DNA of 64,000 nucleotides from Candidatus Spongiisociaceae bacterium (GCA_965262915.1 OZ253564.1:1824001-1888000); one strand, 5' to 3'. Shown: positions 1-14,689, counted from the stretch's first letter. Translations and numbers: made by a program. The notes: generated from the letters alone by a model not told the origin.

Positions 1-2
1 CG

Positions 3-1007
3 CAGACCGCCACCCGCCGCATCCGCGAGACTCTGGTGGGCGCCGGCCTTACCGAGGCGCAGACCCTGAGCTTTTTGGGACAGGCCGACTTGGACGCCCT
101 GCGCCTCCCCGAGGACGACCCCCGCTGGAAGGGTATGCGGGTCAAGAATCCTTTACGCGAAGAAGAGTCCGTCCTACGCACGACCCTGGTACCTGGGCTG
201 ATCAAAGCGGCATTGTGGAACCTGGCTCAAGGGCTCGCGGACGTACGGCTGTTCGAGACGGGCCGCGTCTTCCGATCTACGTCCGACCCGAACGATCCCC
301 GGATCCCGCATCAGCCGGTGCAGCTGGGGATGATCCTGGTAGAGGACGACTTAGCTGTGTTCTCGAGGCAGGGTTTCCCCCAGGAGACGCGACGGCGTTT
401 GGAGCAGGAGTCGAGCTCCGACGGCCGCAGGCTCCTATTCGAGAGTACGGGTCTCATCGACTTGCTCGGTAGGGTCACGGGACTACGGTTGGAACTAGTG
501 CAGGAGACCCTTCCGATGCTCCATCCGGGGCGGGGTGCCATGGTTCTCTGCGAGGGGACGCCGGTCGGTCTGGTTGGCGAACTGCATCCTCTACTGGCCC
601 GGCACTTCGCGAGCACCCAAGACTTCTGGTTGCAGAAGCAGCACTTCGTGGTGGCCGAACTGGATCTCGCTCCGCTCGTATCGAGATCTTCGGAGTGGGA
701 GCTCAAGGAGGTTTCCGCCTACCCGCCACTGTACTTCGATATGGCATTCATAATCCCCGACTCGACGCCCGCCGGCCGCCTGCTCGAGGTGATCGGGAAG
801 AGCGCCGGTTCTCATCTGGAGCAATTGGATCTCTTTGACGAGTTCCGGGGAGGGTCGATTCCAGAGGGTCACCGAAGTCTGGCGGTACGGGTCACCCTGC
901 GGGCCATGGACCATACCCTCTCCTACCGCGAGACGGCTCCCATCATGAGAGGTATCGCAGCTGTGGTGGAGCGGGAACTCGGCGGGATCCTGCGGGGCAG
1001 CGTGTGA
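3..1007 (+). CDS. pheT: Phenylalanine--tRNA ligase beta subunit, C-terminal part (5' truncated by window)
   Basis: NPL..E.SVLRTTLVPGL, RLFETGRVF, C-terminal FDX-ACB motifs (FDMAF, LFDEFRG..IPEGHRSLAVRVTLRA.DHTL); frame open from base 3. Confidence 0.97.
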   Translation, partial: QTATRRIRETLVGAGLTEAQTLSFLGQADLDALRLPEDDPRWKGMRVKNPLREEESVLRTTLVPGLIKAALWNLAQGLADVRLFETGRVFRSTSDPNDPRIPHQPVQLGMILVEDDLAVFSRQGFPQETRRRLEQESSSDGRRLLFESTGLIDLLGRVTGLRLELVQETLPMLHPGRGAMVLCEGTPVGLVGELHPLLARHFASTQDFWLQKQHFVVAELDLAPLVSRSSEWELKEVSAYPPLYFDMAFIIPDSTPAGRLLEVIGKSAGSHLEQLDLFDEFRGGSIPEGHRSLAVRVTLRAMDHTLSYRETAPIMRGIAAVVERELGGILRGSV

Positions 1008-1888
1008 TCGACTTCCTGGGGATCGCCGACCTGGATCCGGTCTCTCTCGAGAGACTGGTGGAGTCGGCGGCTCGAATCAGGCGGGACCGCACCCTTCACA
1101 GGCGGGCCCTGGCCGGTCGGCGGATCGGGCTGTTCTTCGAGAAGCCCTCCACCCGCACGCGGGTGTCGAGCGAGATCGCCGTTCTCGAGATGGGCGCCCA
1201 CCCGGTGGTACTCGGTCAGGACGAGGTCGGGCTCGGTACCCGCGAGGCGGTTGGCGACGTGGCTCGCGTGCTCGACCGATACCTGGATCTCCTGGCGCTG
1301 CGGGTCTTCGACCACTCCAATCTGGTCGAGGTTGCGGAGGCCGCCCACGCACCGGTGGTGAACCTGCTGTCCGATCTCGAACACCCCTGCCAGGCCGTGG
1401 CCGATCTGCAGACCATCGCCGAGCACCGACCGGTCGACCGGGCGGTGGTGGCCTACGTCGGCGACGGCAACAACGTCTGCCATAGCCTGATGCTGGGTGT
1501 CGCCCTTCTCGGCGGCGAGATGCGCGTCATCTGCCCTCCCGGTTACGAGCCACGGGAGGACCTCGTCGGTCGGGGAGGGAGCCGTATCACCGTTTCTCCG
1601 GATCCGGCGGCTCTCGAGGGCGCCGATGTGGTCTACACCGACGTGTGGACATCGATGGGCCAGGAAACGGAGGCAGCCGATCGTGCAACGGCCTTCTCCG
1701 CTTACCGCGTCGACGGGGCGACGTTCGCCCGTGCCAGGCCGGATGCCGTCTTTCTCCACTGCCTGCCCGCCCACAGGGGGGAGGAGGTGACCGACGAGGT
1801 GATCGACCACCCGAGGTCACGCGTGTTCGAACAGGCGGAAAACCGGCTACATTCGATGAAGGCGATCCTGCTCGAACTGCTGGCTTGA
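1004..1888 (+). CDS. argF: Ornithine carbamoyltransferase
   Basis: FEKPSTRTRVS, HPCQ..AD, YTDVWTSMGQE, HCLPAHRGEE motifs; GTGA overlap with pheT. Confidence 0.97.
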   Translation: MIDFLGIADLDPVSLERLVESAARIRRDRTLHRRALAGRRIGLFFEKPSTRTRVSSEIAVLEMGAHPVVLGQDEVGLGTREAVGDVARVLDRYLDLLALRVFDHSNLVEVAEAAHAPVVNLLSDLEHPCQAVADLQTIAEHRPVDRAVVAYVGDGNNVCHSLMLGVALLGGEMRVICPPGYEPREDLVGRGGSRITVSPDPAALEGADVVYTDVWTSMGQETEAADRATAFSAYRVDGATFARARPDAVFLHCLPAHRGEEVTDEVIDHPRSRVFEQAENRLHSMKAILLELLA

Positions 1889-2427
1889 TGGCGCCCGACC
1901 TGTCGGGACCCGTGGAGCACGTGGCCCGGCGCCTGCTGGGCCACCACCTCGTCTCTGATTTGGGAGCAGTGACGGCGGTGGTGGTCGAAGAGGTGGAGGC
2001 CTACGGCGGCGGCGCCGATCCCGCTTCCCACGCCTACCGCGGGCCGACCGCCCGGAACGCCTCGATGTTCGGGCCCGCCGGGACGCTCTACGTCTATCGC
2101 TCCTACGGGATTCACTGGTGCGCCAACGTCGTCACCGGCTCCTCCGGAGAGGGGCAGGCGGTGCTGATCCGAGGAGGCAGGGTGGTCGAAGGACTGGAAA
2201 CCGTCGTCTGCCGGCGTGGCCGCAGCGACCATCTGGCGGACGGGCCCGGCAAGCTCGCCCAGGCTCTGGGGATCACAGGGCGGCTCGACGGAACCTCGGT
2301 GTTGACCGGACCGGTGCACCTGGAGCCCGGAATCGTTCCGGATCCGGCTTCGGTGCGCACCACTTCACGGATCGGCATCACCAGGGAGGTGGATCGCCCG
2401 TGGAGGTTCGTGGTCCGTGGTCCGTGA
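1888..2427 (+). CDS. mpg: 3-methyladenine DNA glycosylase (AAG/MPG family)
   Basis: EVEAY.G..DPASH, MFGPAGTLYVYRSYGIHWC.NVV, GPGKL.QALGI, RIGIT..VDRPWRF; ATG 1888 overlaps the argF stop (TGATG). Confidence 0.95.
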   Translation: MAPDLSGPVEHVARRLLGHHLVSDLGAVTAVVVEEVEAYGGGADPASHAYRGPTARNASMFGPAGTLYVYRSYGIHWCANVVTGSSGEGQAVLIRGGRVVEGLETVVCRRGRSDHLADGPGKLAQALGITGRLDGTSVLTGPVHLEPGIVPDPASVRTTSRIGITREVDRPWRFVVRGP

Positions 2428-2534
2428 CCCGTGGTCGGTGGTTTTTCTCTCGGATCTGAGCTCGAGACTGACATACCCCGCCTCGTGGAACACCGGCGCC
2501 GGGACCATCCGGCACTGTCGCTAATCTCGAACTC

Positions 2535-3749
2535 ATGACTGCCACGCAAGACAAGAGCCCGGAGCAACAGGCCGAGGAACTCCTCCGGGATGTCGACACC
2601 TTCCTACCCAAGGACGAACTGGCCGCACGAATCGCCGAAGGTCGGCCTCTGCGTGCGAAGCTGGGCGTCGATCCGACCGCCTCGTCGGTAACGCTCGGTT
2701 GGGCCGTGGTGCTTCGCAAGTTGCGCCAGTTCCAGGATCTCGGCCACACCGCGGTGTTGATCGTGGGGGACTTCACGACCCAAGTGGGCGATCCGAGCGG
2801 GCAGTCCGAGACGCGGAAGCCCCTGTCGGCGGTGGAGATCGACCGTCATACGCGGGCGGTTCTCAAGGACTTCGGTCGGATCCTCTCGCAGGACAACCTC
2901 GAGATCAGGCGCAACTCCGCGTGGCTTCGTCCCTTGGACATGGGTGACGTTCTGGAGCTGACCGCCACATCCACGCTGGCCCAGATGCTGGAGCGGGACG
3001 ACTTCGCCAAGCGACTGGCCGCTCGCCGGCCCATCTCGATGATGGAGTTCATCTATCCACTCCTCCAGGGTTACGACTCGGTAGCTGTCGAGGCGGACCT
3101 GGAACTCGGCGGGAGAGACCAACTCTTCAACCTGATCATGGGCCGCCAGATCCAGCAACGCTATGGGCAGCGCCCACAGATGGTTCTGACCATGCCGCTG
3201 CTGATCGGAACAGACGGGCAGAAGAAGATGTCCCAGTCTCTGGGCAACTATGTCGGGATCGACGACCCGCCGGCCGAGATGTTCGGCAAGACGATGAGCA
3301 TCCCGGATGCGATAATGCCCCAGTGGTTCATGTTGGCCTCCGGTCTCGAGTGGAAGGAGGTCCGGGGTGTCGTCTCGGATCTCGGCGCCGACCGTATCCA
3401 TCCGGGGAAGGCAAAGCGTCGGTTGGCACGCTCGATCGTGGACCTCTACCACGGGTCGGGTAGCGGTATGGAGGCGGAGGCGGCCTTCGACCGCCAGTTC
3501 AAACTACGTCGGGCCCCGAAGGATGTTCCGACCCATCCGGTGGATACGCAGGATCAGGTTTACATCCCCGGTCTGCTGGCCGCCGCCGGCCTAGTGGCTT
3601 CCAACAGCGAGGGCAGACGTATGCTCGCTCAGGGGGCCGTGAAGATCGATGGCGGCAAGATCACCTCTGATGTCTTACCGCGTGCGAAGTTGTTGGACAC
3701 GGTGATCTCGGTCGGTAAGCGTAGGTTTGCCAGGCTGGTCGATCGCTAG
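2535..3749 (+). CDS. tyrS: Tyrosine--tRNA ligase
   Basis: KLGVDPTA, YPLLQGYDS, ELGG.DQLFN, KMSQS (KMSKS-like), C-terminal S4 domain. Confidence 0.97.
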   Translation: MTATQDKSPEQQAEELLRDVDTFLPKDELAARIAEGRPLRAKLGVDPTASSVTLGWAVVLRKLRQFQDLGHTAVLIVGDFTTQVGDPSGQSETRKPLSAVEIDRHTRAVLKDFGRILSQDNLEIRRNSAWLRPLDMGDVLELTATSTLAQMLERDDFAKRLAARRPISMMEFIYPLLQGYDSVAVEADLELGGRDQLFNLIMGRQIQQRYGQRPQMVLTMPLLIGTDGQKKMSQSLGNYVGIDDPPAEMFGKTMSIPDAIMPQWFMLASGLEWKEVRGVVSDLGADRIHPGKAKRRLARSIVDLYHGSGSGMEAEAAFDRQFKLRRAPKDVPTHPVDTQDQVYIPGLLAAAGLVASNSEGRRMLAQGAVKIDGGKITSDVLPRAKLLDTVISVGKRRFARLVDR

Positions 3750-3800
3750 CCCGCCGGGCCCCGCGGTCCAGTCCGGCAACCCCTACCTTGACAGACTTGC

Positions 3801-4109
3801 TCAGCAGCCCAGGGCATAGCCCACCGCCCTGCACACGTTGCGCATCGTGATGTCGTCCACGGCGCCGACAGGGCCGGAAAGGGATGACCGCGCAACGGTG
3901 TGCAGACCATCACAGTTGATGACCGACGGGCGGTCGAGACCGGCCCTTCGATGATCGAGATCGACCTCGGCGGCAAGACCGCGGATGGATGTGGTCACCT
4001 CCGCCACTGTGACGAACCGCCGCACATCGATGATCTCGGGGCGGGTGAGGATCAGAACGGGCCGGACCTTACGACCGGCTCGCGCCATCCAGATCTCCCC
4101 TCGGGTCAC
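3801..4109 (-). CDS. Type II TA toxin, PemK/MazF family endoribonuclease
   Basis: RGEIW...KVRPVLILTR...VTVAEVTTSIRG...SVINCD; GTG start overlaps the antitoxin stop. Confidence 0.9.
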   Translation of the reverse strand: MTRGEIWMARAGRKVRPVLILTRPEIIDVRRFVTVAEVTTSIRGLAAEVDLDHRRAGLDRPSVINCDGLHTVARSSLSGPVGAVDDITMRNVCRAVGYALGC

Positions 4110-4315
4110 TCCTTGCCCCACGCTTCGGCTTCGTCCCAGAACTGATCGGCCTGCTCGGGCATGCGCCGGTACGCGGCCCGATCAGACTCGGCAAGCGCGG
4201 CGCGGACAGCCCTAGCGACACCGTCGCGCGCGGCGGCCGAGATGTTGACGTTCAGCCTACGAGCTTGATCGAGCAGTCTCCCGTCCAGGGTAAAGGTGGT
4301 TCTCCTACTAGCCAT
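4106..4315 (-). CDS. Type II TA antitoxin, CcdA-like/RHH
   Basis: RTTFTLD..LL..AR.LNVNISAAAR; acidic aromatic tail (FWDEAEAW); directly upstream of the toxin; TAGCAT -10 six nt before ATG suggests leaderless mRNA. Confidence 0.8.
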   Translation of the reverse strand: MASRRTTFTLDGRLLDQARRLNVNISAAARDGVARAVRAALAESDRAAYRRMPEQADQFWDEAEAWGKE

Positions 4316-4394
4316 ATCCTAATGCTATCACTAGATGCTAGCCTTCCTGTCTGGATCCGGCACGTGCCTCCCTGTGGGCACATGCGGGAACACC

Positions 4395-4403
4395 TGCTAT
4401 AGT
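4395..4403 (+). promoter_or_regulatory. Candidate extended -10 promoter of the rRNA operon
   Basis: TGcTATAGT upstream of the rrn leader. Confidence 0.5.
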
Positions 4404-4529
4404 TATGCGGCTAGCTGCTTTAGCTACCTCTCCGGTTCCGCAGCCCGGTTACAGTCTTGACTGTCCACCGGTGCGGCGTCTGGGTCGGAGAGGTGGATGG
4501 AGCGGCTGACCGCAGGAGCTGCGGATCGG

Positions 4530-4555
4530 GCTCCTTGACAACTGAACAGCGTGTC
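4530..4555 (+). promoter_or_regulatory. rrn leader boxA-like / 16S processing stem arm
   Basis: ctccttgacaactgaacagcgtgtc is complementary to spacer gacacgctgtttagtcgtgaaggag (6601-6625); the analogous 23S arms are ~6735-6763 and ~9898-9926. Confidence 0.7.
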
Positions 4556-4832
4556 AAAAGCCGAATGTCCATTCCTGGGCGGGTCGGTCTTGCTCACCCG
4601 TGTTCCCTCTATGAGGTTCCGCGGGAGGATGCTTGACATGGCCCGGCCAATGGGAATGTACTCCCGGCCGTCGGAACCAACCGGCGGCCAGGGATTGAAC
4701 TATCGGGTCCGGCGGGACGCACCCCAAATGGTGCCGTCTCCCTGATCCGAGAACACTGACAGGATTCAGTCCGGGTTCCATTCCGGGCGGGCCTCGGGTC
4801 CGTTCCGTTCTGCGATCCCGGTCGAAGAACTG

Positions 4833-6362
<1,530 letters not shown>

Positions 6363-6784
6363 TAAGGAGTACGGAGGGACGGGGAACGACTCTTCCGCTT
6401 AGCGGAGGATGAGTTCTCGAAAGCGTCCCAAAGTCCGGGGCTCACGACAGCCCCGGGAGGAGTTCCAGGCTATATGCTTGGTACTCTGCTCTTAGTTGAT
6501 CGTTCGGTTACTCGGCCGTAGGCCATTATCTCAAGAAGTTGAGCCATTCCCCGTTTACGGGTGATGCAAGCTCCTTTGACGGATACGGGCCCGGCGGTCG
6601 GACACGCTGTTTAGTCGTGAAGGAGTCCCCGCCCCCTCCGCTACATGTGGATGGGTGCCGGTGGTCCTTGTGACGGCGATCCCTGGTTCGTGCTTGTGTC
6701 CTTGTGACATTTGCATGTGTCGGGTGAGAGTCGGGCTCTTTGAGAACTGCATAGCGAGCATGAATTGTCTTGAATTCTCTATAT

Positions 6785-9878
<3,094 letters not shown>

Positions 9879-9970
9879 TAATCGCAGAATTCAAGCATCA
9901 TGCTCGCTATGGAGTGCTCCAAGAGCACCCCTCGTTCGGTGTACGGGGGCAGTGAGAACTGAATAGAAGC

Positions 9971-10090
<120 letters not shown>

Positions 10091-10098
10091 CGATCGTG

Positions 10099-10124
10099 AG
10101 GGCCGCCCGAACCGGGCGGCCCTC
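10099..10124 (+). terminator. Stem-loop after 5S (likely rrn terminator)
   Basis: agggccgcccg-aac-cgggcggccct hairpin; weak U tract. Confidence 0.6.
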
Positions 10125-10183
10125 CTGTATGACCGACCAGGGTTCCCTTGTCGGCACCGGTCGGAGGGGAAGGACCGGTCGGG

Positions 10184-10290
10184 CTAGGAGAGGGCTCGAG
10201 AACCCCTCGTTGGCCTGACGGTCGGTCACCGAGTGCCACGTCAACGGACGACGGGCCAACCGTTTTCGCCGTTATTGAGCCTCCTCCTAG
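10184..10290 (+). mobile_element. MITE-like family A copy 1 (~107 bp)
   Basis: CTAGGAGAGGGCTC...GAGCCTCCTCCTAG imperfect TIRs; internal gccacgtca.cggac...gggccaacc shared with copies at 17012 and 19229. Confidence 0.75.
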
Positions 10291-10299
10291 GATGGTGCT

Positions 10300-10550
10300 C
10301 ACATATAGCTCACATCAAAACAGACAAGGCCGATGAAGCGTGACGATGGACGGACCTCGAGAAGGTAGAGCGGCAGGCTCGGAGATTCCGACGCCCGAGC
10401 CGTAGCCGGAAAGGCACCGGAGCCGGGGAGTCTCCGGTGCGGTCGGTCCCTGGCCGTCTGCCCGGCGACCAGTGAGTCGGTGCCCGGGTGCCGACCCCTT
10501 CCGGGACTATCCCGAGCAGGGGCCGTCGTGTGGCGCGCAGCAGGGCTGTG
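10300..10550 (+). ncRNA. Candidate structured RNA or long leader upstream of rny
   Basis: ~250 nt without a convincing ORF, several GC hairpins, preceded by TTCGCC-17-TAGGAT; family not identified. Confidence 0.3.
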
Positions 10551-10568
10551 ACCTTGGAGGTCGCGATC

Positions 10569-12101
10569 ATGGATACAAGTCTGCTTGCGATAAGCGCAGT
10601 AGGGATTGCGCTTATCGGCTTGTCGGTTTCGGTCCTGATCATGCAGAGGCGCGTTCGCCGGCAGGTACTCGCTCCCCGAGAAGGGAACGTCGGTTCCGCC
10701 CGCCGGGAGGCGCAGCGGATCCTGAGTCGGGCCGAGGACGAGGGACGAGCACGGGCCGAGGCCTATCGGGAGCGTGAGGAGGCCCAACTCGACCATCGCC
10801 GGGTGGAGTTGGCATCGGCCGAAGAGCGCCTGATCCAGCGTGAGAAGACACTCGAGCAGCGGGCGTCCAACCTGGCCCAGAGGGAGCAGTTACTGCTGCA
10901 GCGGGAGGCGGCGGTGTCCGAGTCGCGGGCCGATGTGGAGCAGCTCACCGAAGATGCGCGGTCGAATCTCGAACGGATCAGCTCGCTCGATGCCAAGGCC
11001 GCCAAAGAGGAGTTGGTCAACCGGGTACGCGACGAGGCCCGTCGGGAGGCGATGTTGCTGGTTCGTGACAGTGAGATGCGGGCTCGCGAGGAAGCCGATC
11101 GCCGAGCGCGCCGCATCCTGGCCACGGCCATCGAGCGACTGTCCGCGCAAGTGGTCATGGAGACAACGGTCTCGGTCGTCGAGCTCCCGAGGGAGGAGAT
11201 GAAGGGCCGGATAATCGGGCGCGAGGGTCGGAACATACGCGCCTTCGAAGCGGTCACCGGAGTCAATCTGGTGGTGGACGAGACCCCGGAGGTAGTGGTG
11301 GTCTCGTCCTTCGATCCGGTACGGAGGGAGGTCGCCCGGATCACGCTGGAGAAGTTGATCGCCAACGGGCGCATCCATCCGGCCGCTATCGAGGAGCTCT
11401 TTGCCAAGGCGAAGGTCGAGGTCGAGCAGTCGGTACGCGACGCGGGCGAATGGGCGATGCTCGATGTGGGTATATCCAGGATGCACCCCGAATTGGTCAC
11501 GCTCCTCGGGCGGCTGAAGTACCGCACTTCGTACGGGCAGAACGTGCTCGGTCACCTGGTGGAATCCGCCCACATCGCCGGCATGCTCGGCGTGGAGCTC
11601 GGCGTGGACCCCGCGCCGATCAAGAGATCCGCCTTCCTCCACGACATCGGCAAGGCGGTGACCCATCATGTGGAGGGAGCCCATGCGTTGATCGGTGCCG
11701 AGATCGCCCGGAGATTCGGGGAAGAGCCGGCCATCGTCCACGGTATAGAGGCCCATCACAACGACGTGGAACCGCGTACGTTGCTGGCCATCATCGTCCA
11801 GGCTGCCGATACGGTGTCGGCAGCCCGGCCCGGAGCCCGGCGGGAAGCGTTGGAATCGTACGTACGGCGTCTCGTACAGATGGAGGAGCTGATAAAGGGG
11901 TTCGGCGGGGTGGAGCGGGTCTTCGCCATGCAGGCCGGTCGTGAGGTACGGGTGGTGGTGGACCCGCGGGCGGTGGACGATCTGGAAGCCGCTCACCTCG
12001 TCCGGCGTATCTCCCGCCGTCTCGAGGAGGATCTGCGTTACGCCGGGCAGATCGAAGTGACGGTGATCCGCGAGTTGCGGGTCACCGACTATGCCCGCTA
12101 G
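10569..12101 (+). CDS. rny: Ribonuclease Y
   Basis: N-terminal TM helix and coiled coil, KH motif MKGRIIGREGRNIR, HD motif LHDIGKA, RPGARRE; GGAGG SD before ATG 10569. Confidence 0.97.
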   Translation: MDTSLLAISAVGIALIGLSVSVLIMQRRVRRQVLAPREGNVGSARREAQRILSRAEDEGRARAEAYREREEAQLDHRRVELASAEERLIQREKTLEQRASNLAQREQLLLQREAAVSESRADVEQLTEDARSNLERISSLDAKAAKEELVNRVRDEARREAMLLVRDSEMRAREEADRRARRILATAIERLSAQVVMETTVSVVELPREEMKGRIIGREGRNIRAFEAVTGVNLVVDETPEVVVVSSFDPVRREVARITLEKLIANGRIHPAAIEELFAKAKVEVEQSVRDAGEWAMLDVGISRMHPELVTLLGRLKYRTSYGQNVLGHLVESAHIAGMLGVELGVDPAPIKRSAFLHDIGKAVTHHVEGAHALIGAEIARRFGEEPAIVHGIEAHHNDVEPRTLLAIIVQAADTVSAARPGARREALESYVRRLVQMEELIKGFGGVERVFAMQAGREVRVVVDPRAVDDLEAAHLVRRISRRLEEDLRYAGQIEVTVIRELRVTDYAR

Positions 12102-12265
12102 TGGTCTGTCTGCAAGATGATTCGCCGTGTCCTGCTTGGCATCGACGCCCCTCGCTGCGTTCCGCTTCCTCGACGTATGCTCCCGGCATGCCTTCGCCGG
12201 CTGGCCTCGCGAGGAACGCTGTTGCAGGCGCATGCCACACCGCTATTTCACAGACAGACCACTAG
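12098..12265 (+). mobile_element. MITE-like family B copy 1 (168 bp)
   Basis: Perfect 15-bp TIRs CTAGTGGTCTGTCTG / CAGACAGACCACTAG; interior similar to 19367-19532; begins in the rny TAG stop. Confidence 0.8.
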
Positions 12266-12279
12266 CCGATCGGTGTGAC

Positions 12280-13668
12280 ATGAACCAGACCGTCCTTCTC
12301 GATCTCCCCACCCGCCGATCGGCCGAGAAGAGGGTGCCGACCCGCGCCGGACGTAGCTACTTCCTGCGCACCTTCGGGTGCCAGATGAATGAACACGACA
12401 GCGAGCGGGTGGCGGGTCTCTTCGAGGCGGACGGCATGGTGAAGGCGGATCGCATCGACGAGGCCGATGTCATATTCATCAATACCTGCACCATACGGGA
12501 GAAGGCCGACAACCGGTTGTACGGCAACCTCGGCCAGCTCAAACCGCTCAAGGAGATGCGGGCCGGTCGGATGCTGGTGGTCGGGGGATGCGCCGCGCAG
12601 AAGGATCGCGAGCTGGTACGGGAGCGCGCGCCCTGGGTGGATGTCGTGCTGGGTACGCACAACCTCGACCGGGTAGTCCACCTGCTGGACCAGGCCGAGG
12701 AGTGGGGTCCGGTGACCGAGATCATCGAGTCCCTGGCCACCATGCCCTCCGATTTGCCGACCCGGCGTGAAGTGGCCCATGCGGCGTGGGTCACCATCCA
12801 GATCGGGTGCAACAACACATGCACCTTCTGCATCGTTCCGGCCGTGCGGGGTCGTGAGATCAGCCGACGCCCGGGCGACATCATCAGGGAGATCGAGCAA
12901 CTGGCGTCCGAGGGCGTGATCGAGGTGACGCTGCTGGGACAGAACGTCGATACCTACGGTCGTGACCTGGCTATCGACGGTCGCCGGCGCCCCATCTTCG
13001 GCCAGTTGCTGGCACGGCTCGGCCAGGTGGAGGGCATCAGGCGGATACGGTTCACCAGCCCCCACCCCAACGACTTCCGCCCGGAGGTCGCAGAGGCGAT
13101 GGCTCGGACCCAGGCGGTATGCGAGCAACTGCACTTTCCGCTCCAGTCGGGTTCCAACCGGATCCTCGCCGCCATGCACCGGGGCTATACGGCGGAGAAG
13201 TTCCTGGCGCGCCTCACCATGGCCAGGGAGGTGATACCGGACCTGACCGTGTCCACCGACGTGATCGTCGGCTTTCCGGGAGAGACGGAGGACGACTTCC
13301 GTATGACCCTCGAGGTTATGGAGCGGGCTCGTTTCGATCAGGCGTTCATGTTCATCTTTTCGCCACGGCCGGGTACCCGCGCCGCGTCCATGATCGACCG
13401 TTTCGTTCCTGCCGCGGTGGCCCGCGAACGGTTCGGACGTCTGGTGGAACTCCAGACCAGGATCAGTGCGGAGTGCAATCAACTCCACCTCGGCCAGAGG
13501 ATGGAGGTGCTGGTCGAGGGACCGTCCAAGAAGAATCCTCGCGTCGCCACGACGCGCACACGCGGCAACAAGGTGGTTCATGTGGATGGCGAGTTCGCTC
13601 CCGGAACCCTGATGGATGTCGTCATCGAACGGGCGGCGCTCCACTATCTGGTCGGTATTCCCGCCTGA
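12280..13668 (+). CDS. miaB: tRNA-2-methylthio-N6-dimethylallyladenosine synthase
   Basis: TFGCQMNEHDSE, NTCTIREKA, radical SAM GCNNTCTFC, LQSGS, IVGFPGETEDDF, TRAM domain. Confidence 0.97.
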   Translation: MNQTVLLDLPTRRSAEKRVPTRAGRSYFLRTFGCQMNEHDSERVAGLFEADGMVKADRIDEADVIFINTCTIREKADNRLYGNLGQLKPLKEMRAGRMLVVGGCAAQKDRELVRERAPWVDVVLGTHNLDRVVHLLDQAEEWGPVTEIIESLATMPSDLPTRREVAHAAWVTIQIGCNNTCTFCIVPAVRGREISRRPGDIIREIEQLASEGVIEVTLLGQNVDTYGRDLAIDGRRRPIFGQLLARLGQVEGIRRIRFTSPHPNDFRPEVAEAMARTQAVCEQLHFPLQSGSNRILAAMHRGYTAEKFLARLTMAREVIPDLTVSTDVIVGFPGETEDDFRMTLEVMERARFDQAFMFIFSPRPGTRAASMIDRFVPAAVARERFGRLVELQTRISAECNQLHLGQRMEVLVEGPSKKNPRVATTRTRGNKVVHVDGEFAPGTLMDVVIERAALHYLVGIPA

Positions 13669-13687
13669 GAGCCCCGGTGGGAACGCC

Positions 13688-14689
13688 ATGCCGGATACCT
13701 CGCCTGTTAGACGGCAACCCGGCCGGCGCTTGGCGGACCCTCGGGCGGTGGCGCCTGCTCGGATCCTGAAGCCGCTCGTCGCCATTCTGGGGCCCACCGC
13801 TTCGGGCAAGAGCGATCTGGCCATGTGCCTCGCTCGCGGCTGGGGCGCCGAGATCCTCTCGGTGGATTCCATGCAGGTGTACCGGGAGATGGACATCGGA
13901 ACGGCCAAGCCTTCTCCGGCCGACCAAGCTGAGGTCGCGCATCACATGATCGATCTGGTGCCCCCCGAGGCCGACTATTCCGTAGCGGACTTCCAGAGGG
14001 CGGGCCGTCGGGTCATGGACGATGCAGTATCCCGACATGTTCCCCTCGTCATGGCCGGCGGCTCGGGCCTGTACTTCCGGTCCCTGGTGGATCCGCTCGA
14101 GTTCCCGCCCTACGACCCGTCTGTACGCTCGGAAGTGGACTCCATGGGTCACGAGGCGACAGTGGCCGAGTTGCTGTCCGCCGATCCGGATGCCGGTGCT
14201 CATATCGAACTGGCCAATCCTCGCCGGGTGCTGAGAGCCGTGGAGATCCTCCGGCTGGGAGGTGGGACCCCTTCCCTCCGAGCGGCCCGGAACGAGGCCG
14301 GCCGGGTCAGGAACTACCAGGCCGACGTACCTTTCGTCGCGGTTGCTGTCGACCCGGGGAACGGGCTGGCGGATCGGGTCGGCCGCCGGATGGATGCCAT
14401 GATCGGCGCGGGTCTCCTCGATGAGGTAGCGGGACTCGATGCCAGGTTGGGCCGCACCGCGTCACAGGCGGTGGGTTACCGCCAGTTGATCCCGGTCGTA
14501 CGGGGCGAACTCGACTTGGAGCAGGGGAGGGTCGATGCTGTCAGAGCGACTATGGCGCTGGCTCGCCGCCAGCGAACCTACTTCGGGCGAGACCCTAGGA
14601 TCCGGTGGCTGGTCTGGGACGAGAGTCCGCAAGCGCGATGCAGGGCGGCGCGCCGTGTGATCGAGGAGATGCATCCGTGGAGTTCTTGA
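13688..14689 (+). CDS. miaA: tRNA dimethylallyltransferase
   Basis: GPTASGKS, DSMQVYREMDIGTAKP, GGSGLY, ARRQRTYF; start uncertain. Confidence 0.95.
   Translation: MPDTSPVRRQPGRRLADPRAVAPARILKPLVAILGPTASGKSDLAMCLARGWGAEILSVDSMQVYREMDIGTAKPSPADQAEVAHHMIDLVPPEADYSVADFQRAGRRVMDDAVSRHVPLVMAGGSGLYFRSLVDPLEFPPYDPSVRSEVDSMGHEATVAELLSADPDAGAHIELANPRRVLRAVEILRLGGGTPSLRAARNEAGRVRNYQADVPFVAVAVDPGNGLADRVGRRMDAMIGAGLLDEVAGLDARLGRTASQAVGYRQLIPVVRGELDLEQGRVDAVRATMALARRQRTYFGRDPRIRWLVWDESPQARCRAARRVIEEMHPWSS

Noticed and set aside
6363-6784. tRNA genes in the 16S-23S spacer
   Set aside because: No cloverleaf or T-loop consensus found by eye.
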